Shown one piece after another: positions 10,120-19,697 of a stretch of 64,000 bases of DNA (position 1 is the stretch's first letter; each line of letters begins with the position of its first letter). The notes under the pieces were generated by a model. It saw only the letters and a list, made by a program, of their open reading frames with translations, had not been told where the DNA came from and made no database searches. The translations under genes and the position numbers were made by a program. Location of the stretch: positions 1-64,000 of the forward strand of contig CAVWBU010000032.1 in assembly GCA_963753345.1 (NCBI GenBank), written 5' to 3'. This DNA comes from an uncultured Fibrobacterota bacterium. GTDB lineage: Bacteria; Fibrobacterota; Chitinivibrionia; Chitinivibrionales; FEN-1185.

Positions 10120-13100
10120 ATGGAACAGGTATCAACAGACAAAATCACCGTAACCATTGACGGACGCACATCAGACGTTCCACAGGGCACCACCATACTC
10201 AATGCGGCGCGGCAGATGGGCATTACCATACCCACGCTGTGCAATTACCGGGGCATGGAACCCATAGGCGCGTGCCGCGTGTGCATCGTGGAACTTGCAA
10301 CGCCGCGCGGCCCGAAAATCGTTTCGTCGTGCAATTACCCTGTGGAAAGCAACATGAAGGTCTCGACCGATACCCAGGGGGTACGCGACAACAGGAGGAT
10401 CATCCTCGAACTCCTTCTCGCCCAGGCGCCGGCGTCGAAGAAAATCGCGGAATTCGCAGCCGCGCTCGGCGTCACGTCCACGCCGTTTGAAAAAAATCCT
10501 GACGGCGATTGCATCCTGTGCGGGCTGTGTGTGAAAGTATGCGGCGACCTCATGGGCCGCGGCGCGATAAGCATGTTCGGCCGCGGGGCCGGCCGCGAAG
10601 TGAAACCTGCGTTCGACGAAAAGAGCGAGCAATGCCAGGTGTGCGGCGCCTGCGATTTCGTGTGCCCTGCGGGAACGTCCGACCACACAACGGTCGCCTC
10701 GCGCCGGACAAAGAAGCACGCCACCGCGTTCAACCAGTTTCTCGAAGCAAGGCCCAACATCGATTTTGCGCACCCGCAGGCGGTTCCGCGCGTGCCGGCC
10801 ATAGACCCGATGTCGTGCGTCAAATTGACAACAGGCGAATGCGGCCTGTGCTCGCAGGTGTGCGGCGCGGGCGCCATCGACTACGAGCAGAAAGAGACCA
10901 CCAGGGAAATCGACGTGGGCGCGGTGCTCCTCACGCCCGGATTTTCCGCGTTCGAACCGTCGCGGCGCCTCGAATTCGGGTCCGCCTACGACACCAACGT
11001 GATCACCAATCTGCAGTTCGAGCGGATTCTGTCGGCAGCGGGCCCCACCAAGGGCTACGTGCGCCGGCCCTCGGACGATGCGACGCCGAAGAGCATCGCG
11101 TTTATCCAGTGCATCGGCTCGCGCGACGCGCTGTGCGGCAACGACTACTGCTCCTCGGTGTGCTGCATGGCCGCCACCAAGGAGGCGATTCTCGCAAAGC
11201 AACACGAGCCCGCGACTGCGGTCACCATCTACTACATGGACCTCCGCGCCTACGGTAAGGATTTCGACCGTTACTACAACCGCGCAAAGGAACTCGGGAT
11301 TTCCTACGTGAGGTGCCGCCCTTCCTCGGTTGAGGAAGTGAACGGGAACAAGAACCTGCGCATCACCTATATGAGCGACGAAAACAGGAGCGTCACCGCG
11401 GAGCACGACCTCGTTGTTCTGTCGCTCGGGCTGGAGCCCAGCGCAAGCCTGCGGCAGCAGGTCGAGCGTTTCAACGTGATGGTGAACGACTGGGGATTCG
11501 TTGCCACGCGCGAACTTCATCCGCTGGAAACGTCGCGTCCCGGCGTGTTCGTGGGCGGCGCGATGAGCGAGCCCAAGGACATTCCCGACACCGTAATGCA
11601 GGCATCGGCCGTTGCGGCAAAGGCCATGGAGCTCCTCGCCCCCGCGCGCGGCACCCGCGTGAAGACCAAGGTCTATCCGCCGGAGCGCGATGTGACCGAC
11701 GAACCGCCGCGCATCGGCGTGTTCATTTGCCACTGCGGCAGCAACATCGCGTCGGTGGTCGACGTGGAAGCGGTTGTGCAGCGCACGCGGCAGCTGCCGT
11801 ACGTGGTGCTTGCGGAACGCAACGTTTACACATGCGCAGACGACACGCAGGACCAGATAAAGGAAAAGATCATAAAGCACCGGCTCAACCGCGTGATCGT
11901 TGCGTCGTGCACGCCGCGCACGCACGAGGCAATATTCCGCGACACGCTGCGCGACGCGGGGCTCAACCAGTACCTGCTCGAAATGGCCAACATCCGCGAC
12001 CAGTGCTCGTGGGTCCACGGCGGCGAGCCCGACAAGGCGACGGAGAAGGCCAAGGACCTTGTGCGCATGACCGTGGGCCGCGTGGCCGGGCTCATGCCCC
12101 TGGCCGAGGAGACCGTGCCGGTAAAGGGCGCGGCGCTTGTGATCGGCGGCGGCCTTGCGGGCATGACCGCGGCGCTTGCCGTTGCCGGCCAGGGCTATCC
12201 CGTGCACCTTGTCGAAAAGGAAGAAGTCCTCGGCGGCATGGCGGCCGATGTGGGGGTCACGCTCGACGGCGACAGCGTCCCGGCGCACGTGTCGGCGCTT
12301 GTCGCGCGGGTAAACGGCCACAAAAAGATATCGGTGCACCTCAATTCGCGCGTGACCAAGGTTGACGGCCACGTGGGCGATTTCACCTCGGACATTCTTA
12401 CGGGTCAATCAACCGCGCAGGTCGAGCACGGCGTGGTGATCGTGGCCAGCGGCGCAAAGGAATTAAAACCGCAGTCGTTCGGTTACGGAAAAAGCGACAA
12501 GGTGATGACGCAGCTCGAACTCTCCAGCCGCATCGCGAGGGACGAACTTTCTTTGCCGGAAAAATCGACCATCGTGATGATTCAGTGCGTGGAGCAGAGA
12601 AACGACGAGCGTCCGTATTGCTCCAGGGTCTGCTGCACCACGGCGGTCAAGAACGCGCTGCTTCTTCGCGCGCGATATCCAAAAGCGAAAATCCTGGTGC
12701 TGTACCGCGAAATGCGGACCTACGGGTTCCGCGAGGCGGCATACCGCGAGGCGCGGGAAAAAGGGATCATGTTCATCCGCTACGACGACAAGCGCCTGCC
12801 GGAAGTGGCTATTGACAACGGGCTCACCGTGCGCGTGACCGACAAGATCCTCGGCCGCGAGCTCATCATGACTCCCGACCTCCTCGTGCTCGCCGCGCCG
12901 ATCGTTGCGCGCGACGACCGCCAGGAGCTGTCGGAGCTGCTGCGCGTGCCGCTCAACGCCGACGGGTTTTTCCTCGAGGCGCACGTGAAGCTGCGGCCGG
13001 TCGATTTCGCGAGCGAAGGACTGTTCCTGTGCGGCACCGCGCACTCGCCCAAGTTCATCACCGAGACCATTTCGCAGGCCAGCGCGGTCGCCGGGCGCGC

Positions 13101-13440
13101 GGCGTCGATTCTCTCCCGTAAACTAATGCCCGTGGGCGCGCAGACCGCGTGGGTGGACCCGGACAAGTGCGTTGCCTGCATGACGTGCGTGCACGTGTGC
13201 CCGTACATGGCGCCGCAGATCGGCAAGGACAACAAGGCCGAGGTCCAGGCCGCGGTGTGCATGGGGTGCGGAAGCTGCACCGCGGCGTGCCCGGCAAAGG
13301 CGATTTCGCTGCACCATTACCTTGACGTGCAGATACTCGGCGCGATCAACAGCCTGCTCGCCGGGACGGTTGCGGAAAAGCCGGTCGAGGCCAATTACCT
13401 TGAACAGGTTGGCGTTGCGCAGCCGAGATGGAAGAAATAG
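10120..13440 (+). CDS. hdrA: NuoG-like N-terminal Fe-S module fused to the remainder of a long-form HdrA
   Basis: IPTLC..GACRVCIVE..SC, CILCGLCVKVC, CQVCGACDFVCP; then PQAVP, FIQCIGSRD, YCSSVCC, IGVFICHCG, ANIRDQCSWVH, GGGLAG, HVKLRPVD. Confidence 0.85.
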   Translation: MEQVSTDKITVTIDGRTSDVPQGTTILNAARQMGITIPTLCNYRGMEPIGACRVCIVELATPRGPKIVSSCNYPVESNMKVSTDTQGVRDNRRIILELLLAQAPASKKIAEFAAALGVTSTPFEKNPDGDCILCGLCVKVCGDLMGRGAISMFGRGAGREVKPAFDEKSEQCQVCGACDFVCPAGTSDHTTVASRRTKKHATAFNQFLEARPNIDFAHPQAVPRVPAIDPMSCVKLTTGECGLCSQVCGAGAIDYEQKETTREIDVGAVLLTPGFSAFEPSRRLEFGSAYDTNVITNLQFERILSAAGPTKGYVRRPSDDATPKSIAFIQCIGSRDALCGNDYCSSVCCMAATKEAILAKQHEPATAVTIYYMDLRAYGKDFDRYYNRAKELGISYVRCRPSSVEEVNGNKNLRITYMSDENRSVTAEHDLVVLSLGLEPSASLRQQVERFNVMVNDWGFVATRELHPLETSRPGVFVGGAMSEPKDIPDTVMQASAVAAKAMELLAPARGTRVKTKVYPPERDVTDEPPRIGVFICHCGSNIASVVDVEAVVQRTRQLPYVVLAERNVYTCADDTQDQIKEKIIKHRLNRVIVASCTPRTHEAIFRDTLRDAGLNQYLLEMANIRDQCSWVHGGEPDKATEKAKDLVRMTVGRVAGLMPLAEETVPVKGAALVIGGGLAGMTAALAVAGQGYPVHLVEKEEVLGGMAADVGVTLDGDSVPAHVSALVARVNGHKKISVHLNSRVTKVDGHVGDFTSDILTGQSTAQVEHGVVIVASGAKELKPQSFGYGKSDKVMTQLELSSRIARDELSLPEKSTIVMIQCVEQRNDERPYCSRVCCTTAVKNALLLRARYPKAKILVLYREMRTYGFREAAYREAREKGIMFIRYDDKRLPEVAIDNGLTVRVTDKILGRELIMTPDLLVLAAPIVARDDRQELSELLRVPLNADGFFLEAHVKLRPVDFASEGLFLCGTAHSPKFITETISQASAVAGRAASILSRKLMPVGAQTAWVDPDKCVACMTCVHVCPYMAPQIGKDNKAEVQAAVCMGCGSCTAACPAKAISLHHYLDVQILGAINSLLAGTVAEKPVEANYLEQVGVAQPRWKK

Positions 13441-13453
13441 GACATTTACGACA

Positions 13454-13936
13454 ATGTCCAAACAACCCATCATCCTCGCCTTCTGCTGCCACTACTGCGC
13501 GTACGCGGCCGCCGACATGGCGGGCTCCATGCGGCTTTCCTATCCGTCAAACGTGCGCGTGCTGCGGTTCCCGTGCACGGGCAAGATCGAGGAGAACCAC
13601 ATCCTCGCCGCGTTCGAGCGCGGGGTGGACGGCGTGATGGTGGCGGGCTGCCTCGAAGGCGGCTGCCACTTTCTCGAAGGCAACCTGCGCGCGCGCAGGC
13701 GGGTGGAGCGGGTAAAGCGGATTCTTGACGAAATCGGAATAGAGCCCGAGCGCCTCGAAATGTACAACCTGTCGTCGGCCGAAGGGCCGCGGTTCGCGGA
13801 GATCGCAAAGGAAATGGCGGCACGCATTGCGCCGCTGGGCGCAAGCCCGCTTGCCGTTTCCGAAGCGGAGCTGGAACAGGGGATCGGCGACATGCAGGTG
13901 GAGGCAATGGCCGCAATCCAGGGAGGATCAGCATGA
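13454..13936 (+). CDS. mvhD: MvhD hydrogenase Fe-S subunit
   Basis: AFCCHYCAYAAADMAG...PCTGK...GCLEGGCHFLEGN. Confidence 0.9.
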   Translation: MSKQPIILAFCCHYCAYAAADMAGSMRLSYPSNVRVLRFPCTGKIEENHILAAFERGVDGVMVAGCLEGGCHFLEGNLRARRRVERVKRILDEIGIEPERLEMYNLSSAEGPRFAEIAKEMAARIAPLGASPLAVSEAELEQGIGDMQVEAMAAIQGGSA

Positions 13937-14625
13937 TTGTTGCAGATCGGAAGAAAATTCCCGAAATCCGGGACATGGTAAAAGGCCACGACCGCGTGCT
14001 CATGGTGGGGTGCGGAACGTGTGTTACCGTATGCCTCGCCGGCGGCGAGCGCGAGACCGGCATCATGGGCTCGGCGCTGCGCATGGCGCTCAAGCTTGCC
14101 GGACGCGAAAAGGCCGTTGTTGACGAATGCACCATCGAGCGCCAGTGCGAGGACGCGTTCATCGACGTGCTCGCGCAGCGCGTGAACGACTACGACGCCA
14201 TCGTGTCGCTCGGCTGCGGCGCGGGCGTCCAGGCCCTGGCCGAGCGGTTCCCGGGCAAGGCCGTGTATCCGGGCCTCAACACGCAGTTCATGGGGATTCT
14301 CGAATCGCAAGGCGTGTGGACCGAGAAGTGCGCGGGCTGCGGCGCCTGCAGGCTGGGACAGTATTTCGGCATCTGCCCCATCACCCGCTGCTCAAAGCGT
14401 CAGCTCAACGGCCCGTGCGGCGGCTCGCGCAACGGCAAGTGCGAGGTGAGCGAGAACACCGACTGCGCATGGCAGCTCATGTACGATCGCGCAAAGTCCA
14501 TGGGCATAACATCGATGCTCGAAGCCGTGGCAATTGCGCAGGACTGGTCCACGTCCAACGACGGCGGCGTGAGGAAAGTGGTACGGGAAGACCAGTGCAT
14601 TGCCGGGATGGGACCGAAGGCATAA
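13933..14625 (+). CDS. metV: MetV (MTHFR small Fe-S/zinc subunit)
   Basis: GCGTCVTVC..GG, ERQCE, GCGAGVQ, CAGCGACRL...ICPITRCSKRQLNGPCGG...CEV..CAW. Confidence 0.85.
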   Translation: MIVADRKKIPEIRDMVKGHDRVLMVGCGTCVTVCLAGGERETGIMGSALRMALKLAGREKAVVDECTIERQCEDAFIDVLAQRVNDYDAIVSLGCGAGVQALAERFPGKAVYPGLNTQFMGILESQGVWTEKCAGCGACRLGQYFGICPITRCSKRQLNGPCGGSRNGKCEVSENTDCAWQLMYDRAKSMGITSMLEAVAIAQDWSTSNDGGVRKVVREDQCIAGMGPKA

Positions 14626-14632
14626 ATAAAAT

Positions 14633-14662
14633 TGTAGATTTTAGAATTTAGATTGTAGATTG
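14633..14662. repeat. heptamer tandem repeat (tgtagat-type)
   Basis: tgtagattttagaatttagattgtagattg; inverted copy at 17348-17377. Confidence 0.8.
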
Positions 14663-14694
14663 ATAAATGCAGAATTCACAAAGGTGATTATCCT

Positions 14695-15156
14695 ATGACA
14701 ACAACAAGATCGGACGTTATCGTCGTTGAGGAACTCGATCCGGGTTTCCGGGATGAAGTGGCGCTCATGCCGGGCGGGGAGAACATCAGGAAATGCTATG
14801 CCTGCGGCACGTGCGCGGCAGGCTGCCCGGTCACGAACATCGACGACGGCTACAACTGCAGGACCATCATCCGCAAAGTGCTGTACGGGATGCGCGAGGA
14901 AGTGCTGAGCTCAAAGGAAATCTGGCTCTGCATGATGTGCTACCGGTGCTACGCGCGCTGCCCCCAGCAGGTGAATTTCACCGACATCATGCGGGCGCTG
15001 CGGCACATGGCGGTGCGCGACGGGTTTGCGCCGGCGGAAATGCTTGCCAAAGAGGATGAGGCCGATAAAAAGGCCCAGACGCTCAGGCGTGACTTTGTAA
15101 AGGCAGCGACGGCCGGGAAGAAACCGGCAGCGAAGAAGCAAAGCAAGAAAAAATGA
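14695..15156 (+). CDS. hdrC: heterodisulfide reductase subunit C
   Basis: CYACGTCAAGCP and IWLCMMCYRCYARCPQ. Confidence 0.85.
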   Translation: MTTTRSDVIVVEELDPGFRDEVALMPGGENIRKCYACGTCAAGCPVTNIDDGYNCRTIIRKVLYGMREEVLSSKEIWLCMMCYRCYARCPQQVNFTDIMRALRHMAVRDGFAPAEMLAKEDEADKKAQTLRRDFVKAATAGKKPAAKKQSKKK

Positions 15157-18100
15157 CTATGCACAAGAAAGCAATGGTGATAGGCGGGGGCGTTGCCGGG
15201 ATTCAGGCCGCGCTCGATCTTGGCGACATGGGCGTGGAAACCTTCCTCGTGGAGAGCGAGCCGTCCATAGGCGGGCGCATGGCCCAGCTCGACAAGACGT
15301 TTCCCACCAACGACTGCGCCATGTGCATCCTCTCGCCCAAGCTGGTGCAGGCCGGCGGCCACCCCTACATCCGCATTTTGAGCAACAGCGTGGTGACCGG
15401 TATGACCGGATCGCCGCCCAGCCTTTCGGTGACGGTGAAGAAGAAACCGCGCTACGTTGACGAAAGCAAATGCACGGGCTGCGGCATCTGCGTCACCAAG
15501 TGCCCCACCAAGGTGCCCGACCCCTACAACAAGGGGCTGTCGCAGACCAGGGCCATCCGCATTCCCTTTCCGCAAGCAGTGCCCGCGGTCGCCGCTATCG
15601 ACGCATCGAAGTGTCTATACCTGAGGAAGGGCACGTGCAGGCTGTGCGAAAAGTCGTGCGGAACAGGCGCGATCGACTTTACGCAGAAGGAAGAGACGGT
15701 CGTCATCGACGTCGGCTCCGTTATCCTCGCCAGCGGCACAAAGGAGTTCGACGCGAAGCTCAAGGCCGAATACGGCTACGGTGTTTTCCCGAACGTGGTA
15801 ACGAGCATCGAGTATGAGCGGTTGCTCTCCGCGTCCGGTCCCACGGGCGGACACATTGTCCGGCCGTCCGACAAAAAGGAACCGAAGAAGATTGCTATTC
15901 TGCAGTGCGTGGGTTCGCGGGATATTGCCTCCGGCAACGAGCACTGCTCCGCGATATGTTGCATGCAGGCGGCCAAGGACGCCATTATAACCCAGGAGCA
16001 CCTGCCCAAGGCGAAGACGACCATCTTTTACATGGACATCCGCGCCTACGGCAAAGGGTTCGACAGGTTTATCGACAAGGCAAAGGACCGGCACGACACG
16101 ACGTTTACAAACGGCAGGATCGCGTCGGTTGAAAGCAATCCGGCCACCAACGACCTTGACATACGATATATCACGCAGGATGGGAAGACCGCCTCGGCGC
16201 GGTTCGACCTCCTGGTGCTCTCGGTGGGCATCCAGCCGTCGGCCGCGTCGATGACCACCGCGAAGGGCCTTTCGGTCGCTCTTGACGGATCGGGATTCGT
16301 GCGCATCGGCGAAATGGACCCGGTCTCCACGAGCGCGCCGGGCGTTTTCGTGTGCGGCAGCGTAAGCGGTCCCAAAGACATTCCCGAGTCGGTGATCGAG
16401 GCCAGCGGCGCCGCCTCGGCAGCGGCCTCGGCGCTGGGCAACCTTGCGGTTAAGGAGATCAAGGCCGACATGCCCGCGCAGAAGGACCTTCGCGGCGAGC
16501 CTCCGAGGATCGGCGTATACGTGTGCCGTTGCGGCATCAACATCGCCTCGGTGGTCGACGTGCCGTCCGTGGTAAAGTACGCAACGTCGCTCCCGGGCGT
16601 GAAGTTCGCGGGTGAGCTCATGTTTTCGTGCGCGCAGGATTCGCAAAAGGCAATCAAGGCCGCGATAGAGCAGCACAAACTCAACAGGCTCGTGGTTGCC
16701 GCCTGCACGCCGCGCACGCACGAGCCCCTGTTCCAGAAAACGCTCGAAAGCGCGGGCATCAACCCGTACCTGTTCGAATTCGCCAACATACGCGAGCATT
16801 GTTCGTGGGTGCACCAGAAGGAGCCCGAAAAGGCGACGGTCAAGGCGTGCGGCCTGGTGCGCGCGGCAGTCGCAAAGGTAAAGCTCAGCGTGCCGCTGTA
16901 CAAGAAGAGCATGGGCGTCAACAAGGGCGCGCTGGTGATCGGCGGCGGGCTTGCCGGCATGACCGCGGCAATCGACCTTGCCGACCAGAACTACCCGGTG
17001 ACGCTCGTCGAGAAAGAGGCGCAGCTGGGCGGCAACCTGCTGCACGTTTACACGACCCTGTCGGGCGAAGAGACAGCGCCCAAGCTCGCCGCCCTGATGA
17101 ACAAGGTGACGAAGCATGCAAACATTCGTACCTTCACGAACGCGAAGATCAAGAATGTTGCCGGATACGTGGGTAATTTCAAGACCGAACTCGAAAGCGG
17201 GCACACCTTCGAACACGGCGTGGTGATCCTTGCCTCGGGCGCGAACCAGAATGAGCCCGCCGAATACTACTTTGGTAAGGACAAACGCATCATCACCCAG
17301 CGGCAGTTCGAAGAGATCCTGCACGAAGAAACAACCAAAGGTAATTCCAATCTACAATCTAAATTCTACAATCTACATTCTATTGTGATGATCCAATGCG
17401 TCGGCTCCCGCGAGGGCGAGCGCGACTACTGCAGCCGCGTGTGCTGTTCCAATGCCATCAAGAATGCGATAAAGGCCAAGGAACTCAATCCCAAGGCTGC
17501 CGTTTATGTGCTGTTCCGCGACATCCGGAGCTACGGCTTGCGGGAGAAGTATTATCGTTTGGCAAGAGAAAAGGGAGTGATTTTCATCAGGTTTGACAAG
17601 GACAAAAAACCCTCGGTGACGATCAAGGACGGCAAACTCGCCGTATCCGTGCGTGATAATATTCTCGGCAGGAATGTTTCAATTCATCCGGATCTGCTGG
17701 TTCTCAGCACGGGCATCGTGGCGAACCCGGACAACAAGACGCTGTCGCAGTTTCTCAAGGTGCCGCTGGAGCAGGACGGGTTCTTCCTCGAAGCGCATGT
17801 CAAGCTGCGCCCGGTGGATTTCGCCACTGACGGCGTTTTCGTGGCGGGCCTGGCGCATTATCCCAAGGACATGGGCGAGACCATTGCGCAGGCGCGCGCT
17901 GCAGCCGGCCGGGCTGCCACGGTGCTGTCGAAGAGCACGCTTGAATCCGAAGGGAAAATCTCGCTCGTCCGCGCGGAACTATGCAGCGGGTGCGGCGCGT
18001 GCGAGGCGGTGTGCGCGTACAACGCAATAGAGGTTGATCCGGTGCGGAATGTCGCTGTTGTCAACGAAGCCCTGTGCAAGGGCTGCGGCGCGTGCGCCGC

Positions 18101-18176
18101 GTCGTGCCGGGCAGGGGCGGTGGATTTGAGCGGGTTCCGGAACGAGCAGATTTTGAGCGTGCTGAGTACGATATAA
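15153..18176 (+). CDS. hdrA: long-form heterodisulfide reductase subunit A (two Rossmann motifs)
   Basis: GGGVAGIQAAL, LDKTFPTNDC, QCVGSRD, IGVYVCRCG, ANIREHCSWVH, GGGLAG, C-terminal 2x4Fe-4S. Confidence 0.92.
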   Translation: MTMHKKAMVIGGGVAGIQAALDLGDMGVETFLVESEPSIGGRMAQLDKTFPTNDCAMCILSPKLVQAGGHPYIRILSNSVVTGMTGSPPSLSVTVKKKPRYVDESKCTGCGICVTKCPTKVPDPYNKGLSQTRAIRIPFPQAVPAVAAIDASKCLYLRKGTCRLCEKSCGTGAIDFTQKEETVVIDVGSVILASGTKEFDAKLKAEYGYGVFPNVVTSIEYERLLSASGPTGGHIVRPSDKKEPKKIAILQCVGSRDIASGNEHCSAICCMQAAKDAIITQEHLPKAKTTIFYMDIRAYGKGFDRFIDKAKDRHDTTFTNGRIASVESNPATNDLDIRYITQDGKTASARFDLLVLSVGIQPSAASMTTAKGLSVALDGSGFVRIGEMDPVSTSAPGVFVCGSVSGPKDIPESVIEASGAASAAASALGNLAVKEIKADMPAQKDLRGEPPRIGVYVCRCGINIASVVDVPSVVKYATSLPGVKFAGELMFSCAQDSQKAIKAAIEQHKLNRLVVAACTPRTHEPLFQKTLESAGINPYLFEFANIREHCSWVHQKEPEKATVKACGLVRAAVAKVKLSVPLYKKSMGVNKGALVIGGGLAGMTAAIDLADQNYPVTLVEKEAQLGGNLLHVYTTLSGEETAPKLAALMNKVTKHANIRTFTNAKIKNVAGYVGNFKTELESGHTFEHGVVILASGANQNEPAEYYFGKDKRIITQRQFEEILHEETTKGNSNLQSKFYNLHSIVMIQCVGSREGERDYCSRVCCSNAIKNAIKAKELNPKAAVYVLFRDIRSYGLREKYYRLAREKGVIFIRFDKDKKPSVTIKDGKLAVSVRDNILGRNVSIHPDLLVLSTGIVANPDNKTLSQFLKVPLEQDGFFLEAHVKLRPVDFATDGVFVAGLAHYPKDMGETIAQARAAAGRAATVLSKSTLESEGKISLVRAELCSGCGACEAVCAYNAIEVDPVRNVAVVNEALCKGCGACAASCRAGAVDLSGFRNEQILSVLSTI

Positions 18177-18183
18177 GGAAAAA

Positions 18184-18273
18184 CCTCACCCCGCCCTTCG
18201 GGCACCCCTCTCCGCTAGGAGAGGGGAAAATCTTTCACCCCTTCTCCGGGCGGAGAAGGGGAGGGGGATGAGG
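18184..18273. repeat. cctcacccc/cccctctcc hairpin repeat
   Basis: same family as 7235-7293. Confidence 0.8.
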
Positions 18274-18302
18274 TCAAGAGAAAAAACACGAGGAAGATAT
18301 TC

Positions 18303-18749
18303 TTGACTAAATCAACCACCAGCGAACCCACCATCGTTGCCTTTCTTTGCAACTGGTGCTCCTACGCGGGCGCGGACCTTGCCGGCGTGAGCAGGCTGCA
18401 ATATCCGGCCAACGTGCGCGTGATCCGCGTGCCGTGCTCGGGACGCGTGGACCCGCTTTACATAATCAAGGCGCTGCAGGAAGGCGCGGACGGCGTGCTG
18501 GTTTCCGGCTGTCATCCGGGCGACTGCCATTACATTTCGGGCAACCTGGTGGCGCGCAGGAAATTCGCCATGCTCAAGGGCTTTCTCGAATACCTCGGCA
18601 TCGAACCCGAGCGCGTGCAGTTTTCTTGGGTGAGCGCGTCCGAGGGAGGCAGGTTCGCTTCGCTGATCGAGAAAGTGGTGAGCGATGTGAAGAAGCTGAA
18701 CGCGCCGCCGAAGTTTGCGCGGCAGCGCGCGGATGCGGTGCCTGCTTGA
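18303..18749 (+). CDS. flxD: MvhD/FlxD Fe-S subunit
   Basis: AFLCNWCSYAGADLAG...VPCSGRVD...GCHPGDCHY. Confidence 0.85.
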   Translation: MTKSTTSEPTIVAFLCNWCSYAGADLAGVSRLQYPANVRVIRVPCSGRVDPLYIIKALQEGADGVLVSGCHPGDCHYISGNLVARRKFAMLKGFLEYLGIEPERVQFSWVSASEGGRFASLIEKVVSDVKKLNAPPKFARQRADAVPA

Positions 18750-18781
18750 CGGAAGATATTATTGGAAAAAGGGAATACAGG

Positions 18782-19696
18782 ATGGGCGACAGCGAAAAGA
18801 AAATGAAGGCAGCGGCGAAGAAGCTGCTGAGCGACGGCAAAGTCGATGTGGTCGTGGGGTTCCGCAAGGGCTCGCGTCCCGGTACGTCGAGACCGTTCTT
18901 TGCGCGCAGCGTTGCCGACATCGATAAGCTTGTGTGGGACGGGTTCTGCTTCGCCAACCTTGCCGCGTTTCTGCCGCGGCTTTTTGAAAAGCCCGCCCGG
19001 CCTAAGGACGACTACAAGCCGCCGCGCGTCGCCATTACGGCAAAGGGCTGCGACGGCCGCTCCATTGCCGGGCTTGTCAGGGAGAACCAGGTTCCCCGCG
19101 CCAATCTAGTGATAATTGCAATGCCGTGCCAAGGCATGTATTCTCCTGCGAAAGACGGGGCTGCACAGAAGAACGAAATTGCCCGCGCGTGCGTGGAATG
19201 CGTTGCGCCCGAGGCAAAGGACGCCGACATCCGCATCGAGGGGACTTCGCGGAAGGCGGCAAAGCCTTCCTACGGCCGCGTCAAGGCGTTTGCGGCCAAA
19301 TCCGCGGCTGAGCGGTGGAAGGCGTTTACAAAGGAAATATCAAAGTGCATCCGGTGCAATGCGTGCCGCGAGGCCTGCCCCAACTGCTACTGCAAAGTCT
19401 GCTTTGCAGACCAGCGAAAGCCTTCGTGGGTGTCGCCGGCGAACGAACTTTCGGAGACCATCGCGTTCCACCTGGGGCGAATGTTCCACCAGGCGGGCCG
19501 CTGCGTGGAGTGCGACGCATGCGTCAACGCCTGCCCCATGGGCATAGACCTGCGGCTGTTCACCCAGAAGCTCGCGGCCGACGCGGGCGAGCTTTTCGGC
19601 TTTGTGCCGGGCGTGTCCGGCGGCGACGTGCCCATGCTTCATACCTTTACGCAGGACGACAGCGAGCGCTTCATCACCGATCCCGAGGAGCAATAG
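18782..19696 (+). CDS. flxC: FlxC-like 4Fe-4S protein
   Basis: KGCDGRS, CIRCNACREACPNCYCKVC, HQAGRCVECDACVNACP; cluster context. Confidence 0.7.
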   Translation: MGDSEKKMKAAAKKLLSDGKVDVVVGFRKGSRPGTSRPFFARSVADIDKLVWDGFCFANLAAFLPRLFEKPARPKDDYKPPRVAITAKGCDGRSIAGLVRENQVPRANLVIIAMPCQGMYSPAKDGAAQKNEIARACVECVAPEAKDADIRIEGTSRKAAKPSYGRVKAFAAKSAAERWKAFTKEISKCIRCNACREACPNCYCKVCFADQRKPSWVSPANELSETIAFHLGRMFHQAGRCVECDACVNACPMGIDLRLFTQKLAADAGELFGFVPGVSGGDVPMLHTFTQDDSERFITDPEEQ

Positions 19697-19697
19697 A

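Noticed and set aside
138-18749. Selenocysteine recoding in MvhD/HdrA
   Set aside because: No in-frame TGA at conserved Cys positions; the ORFs are open with Cys.
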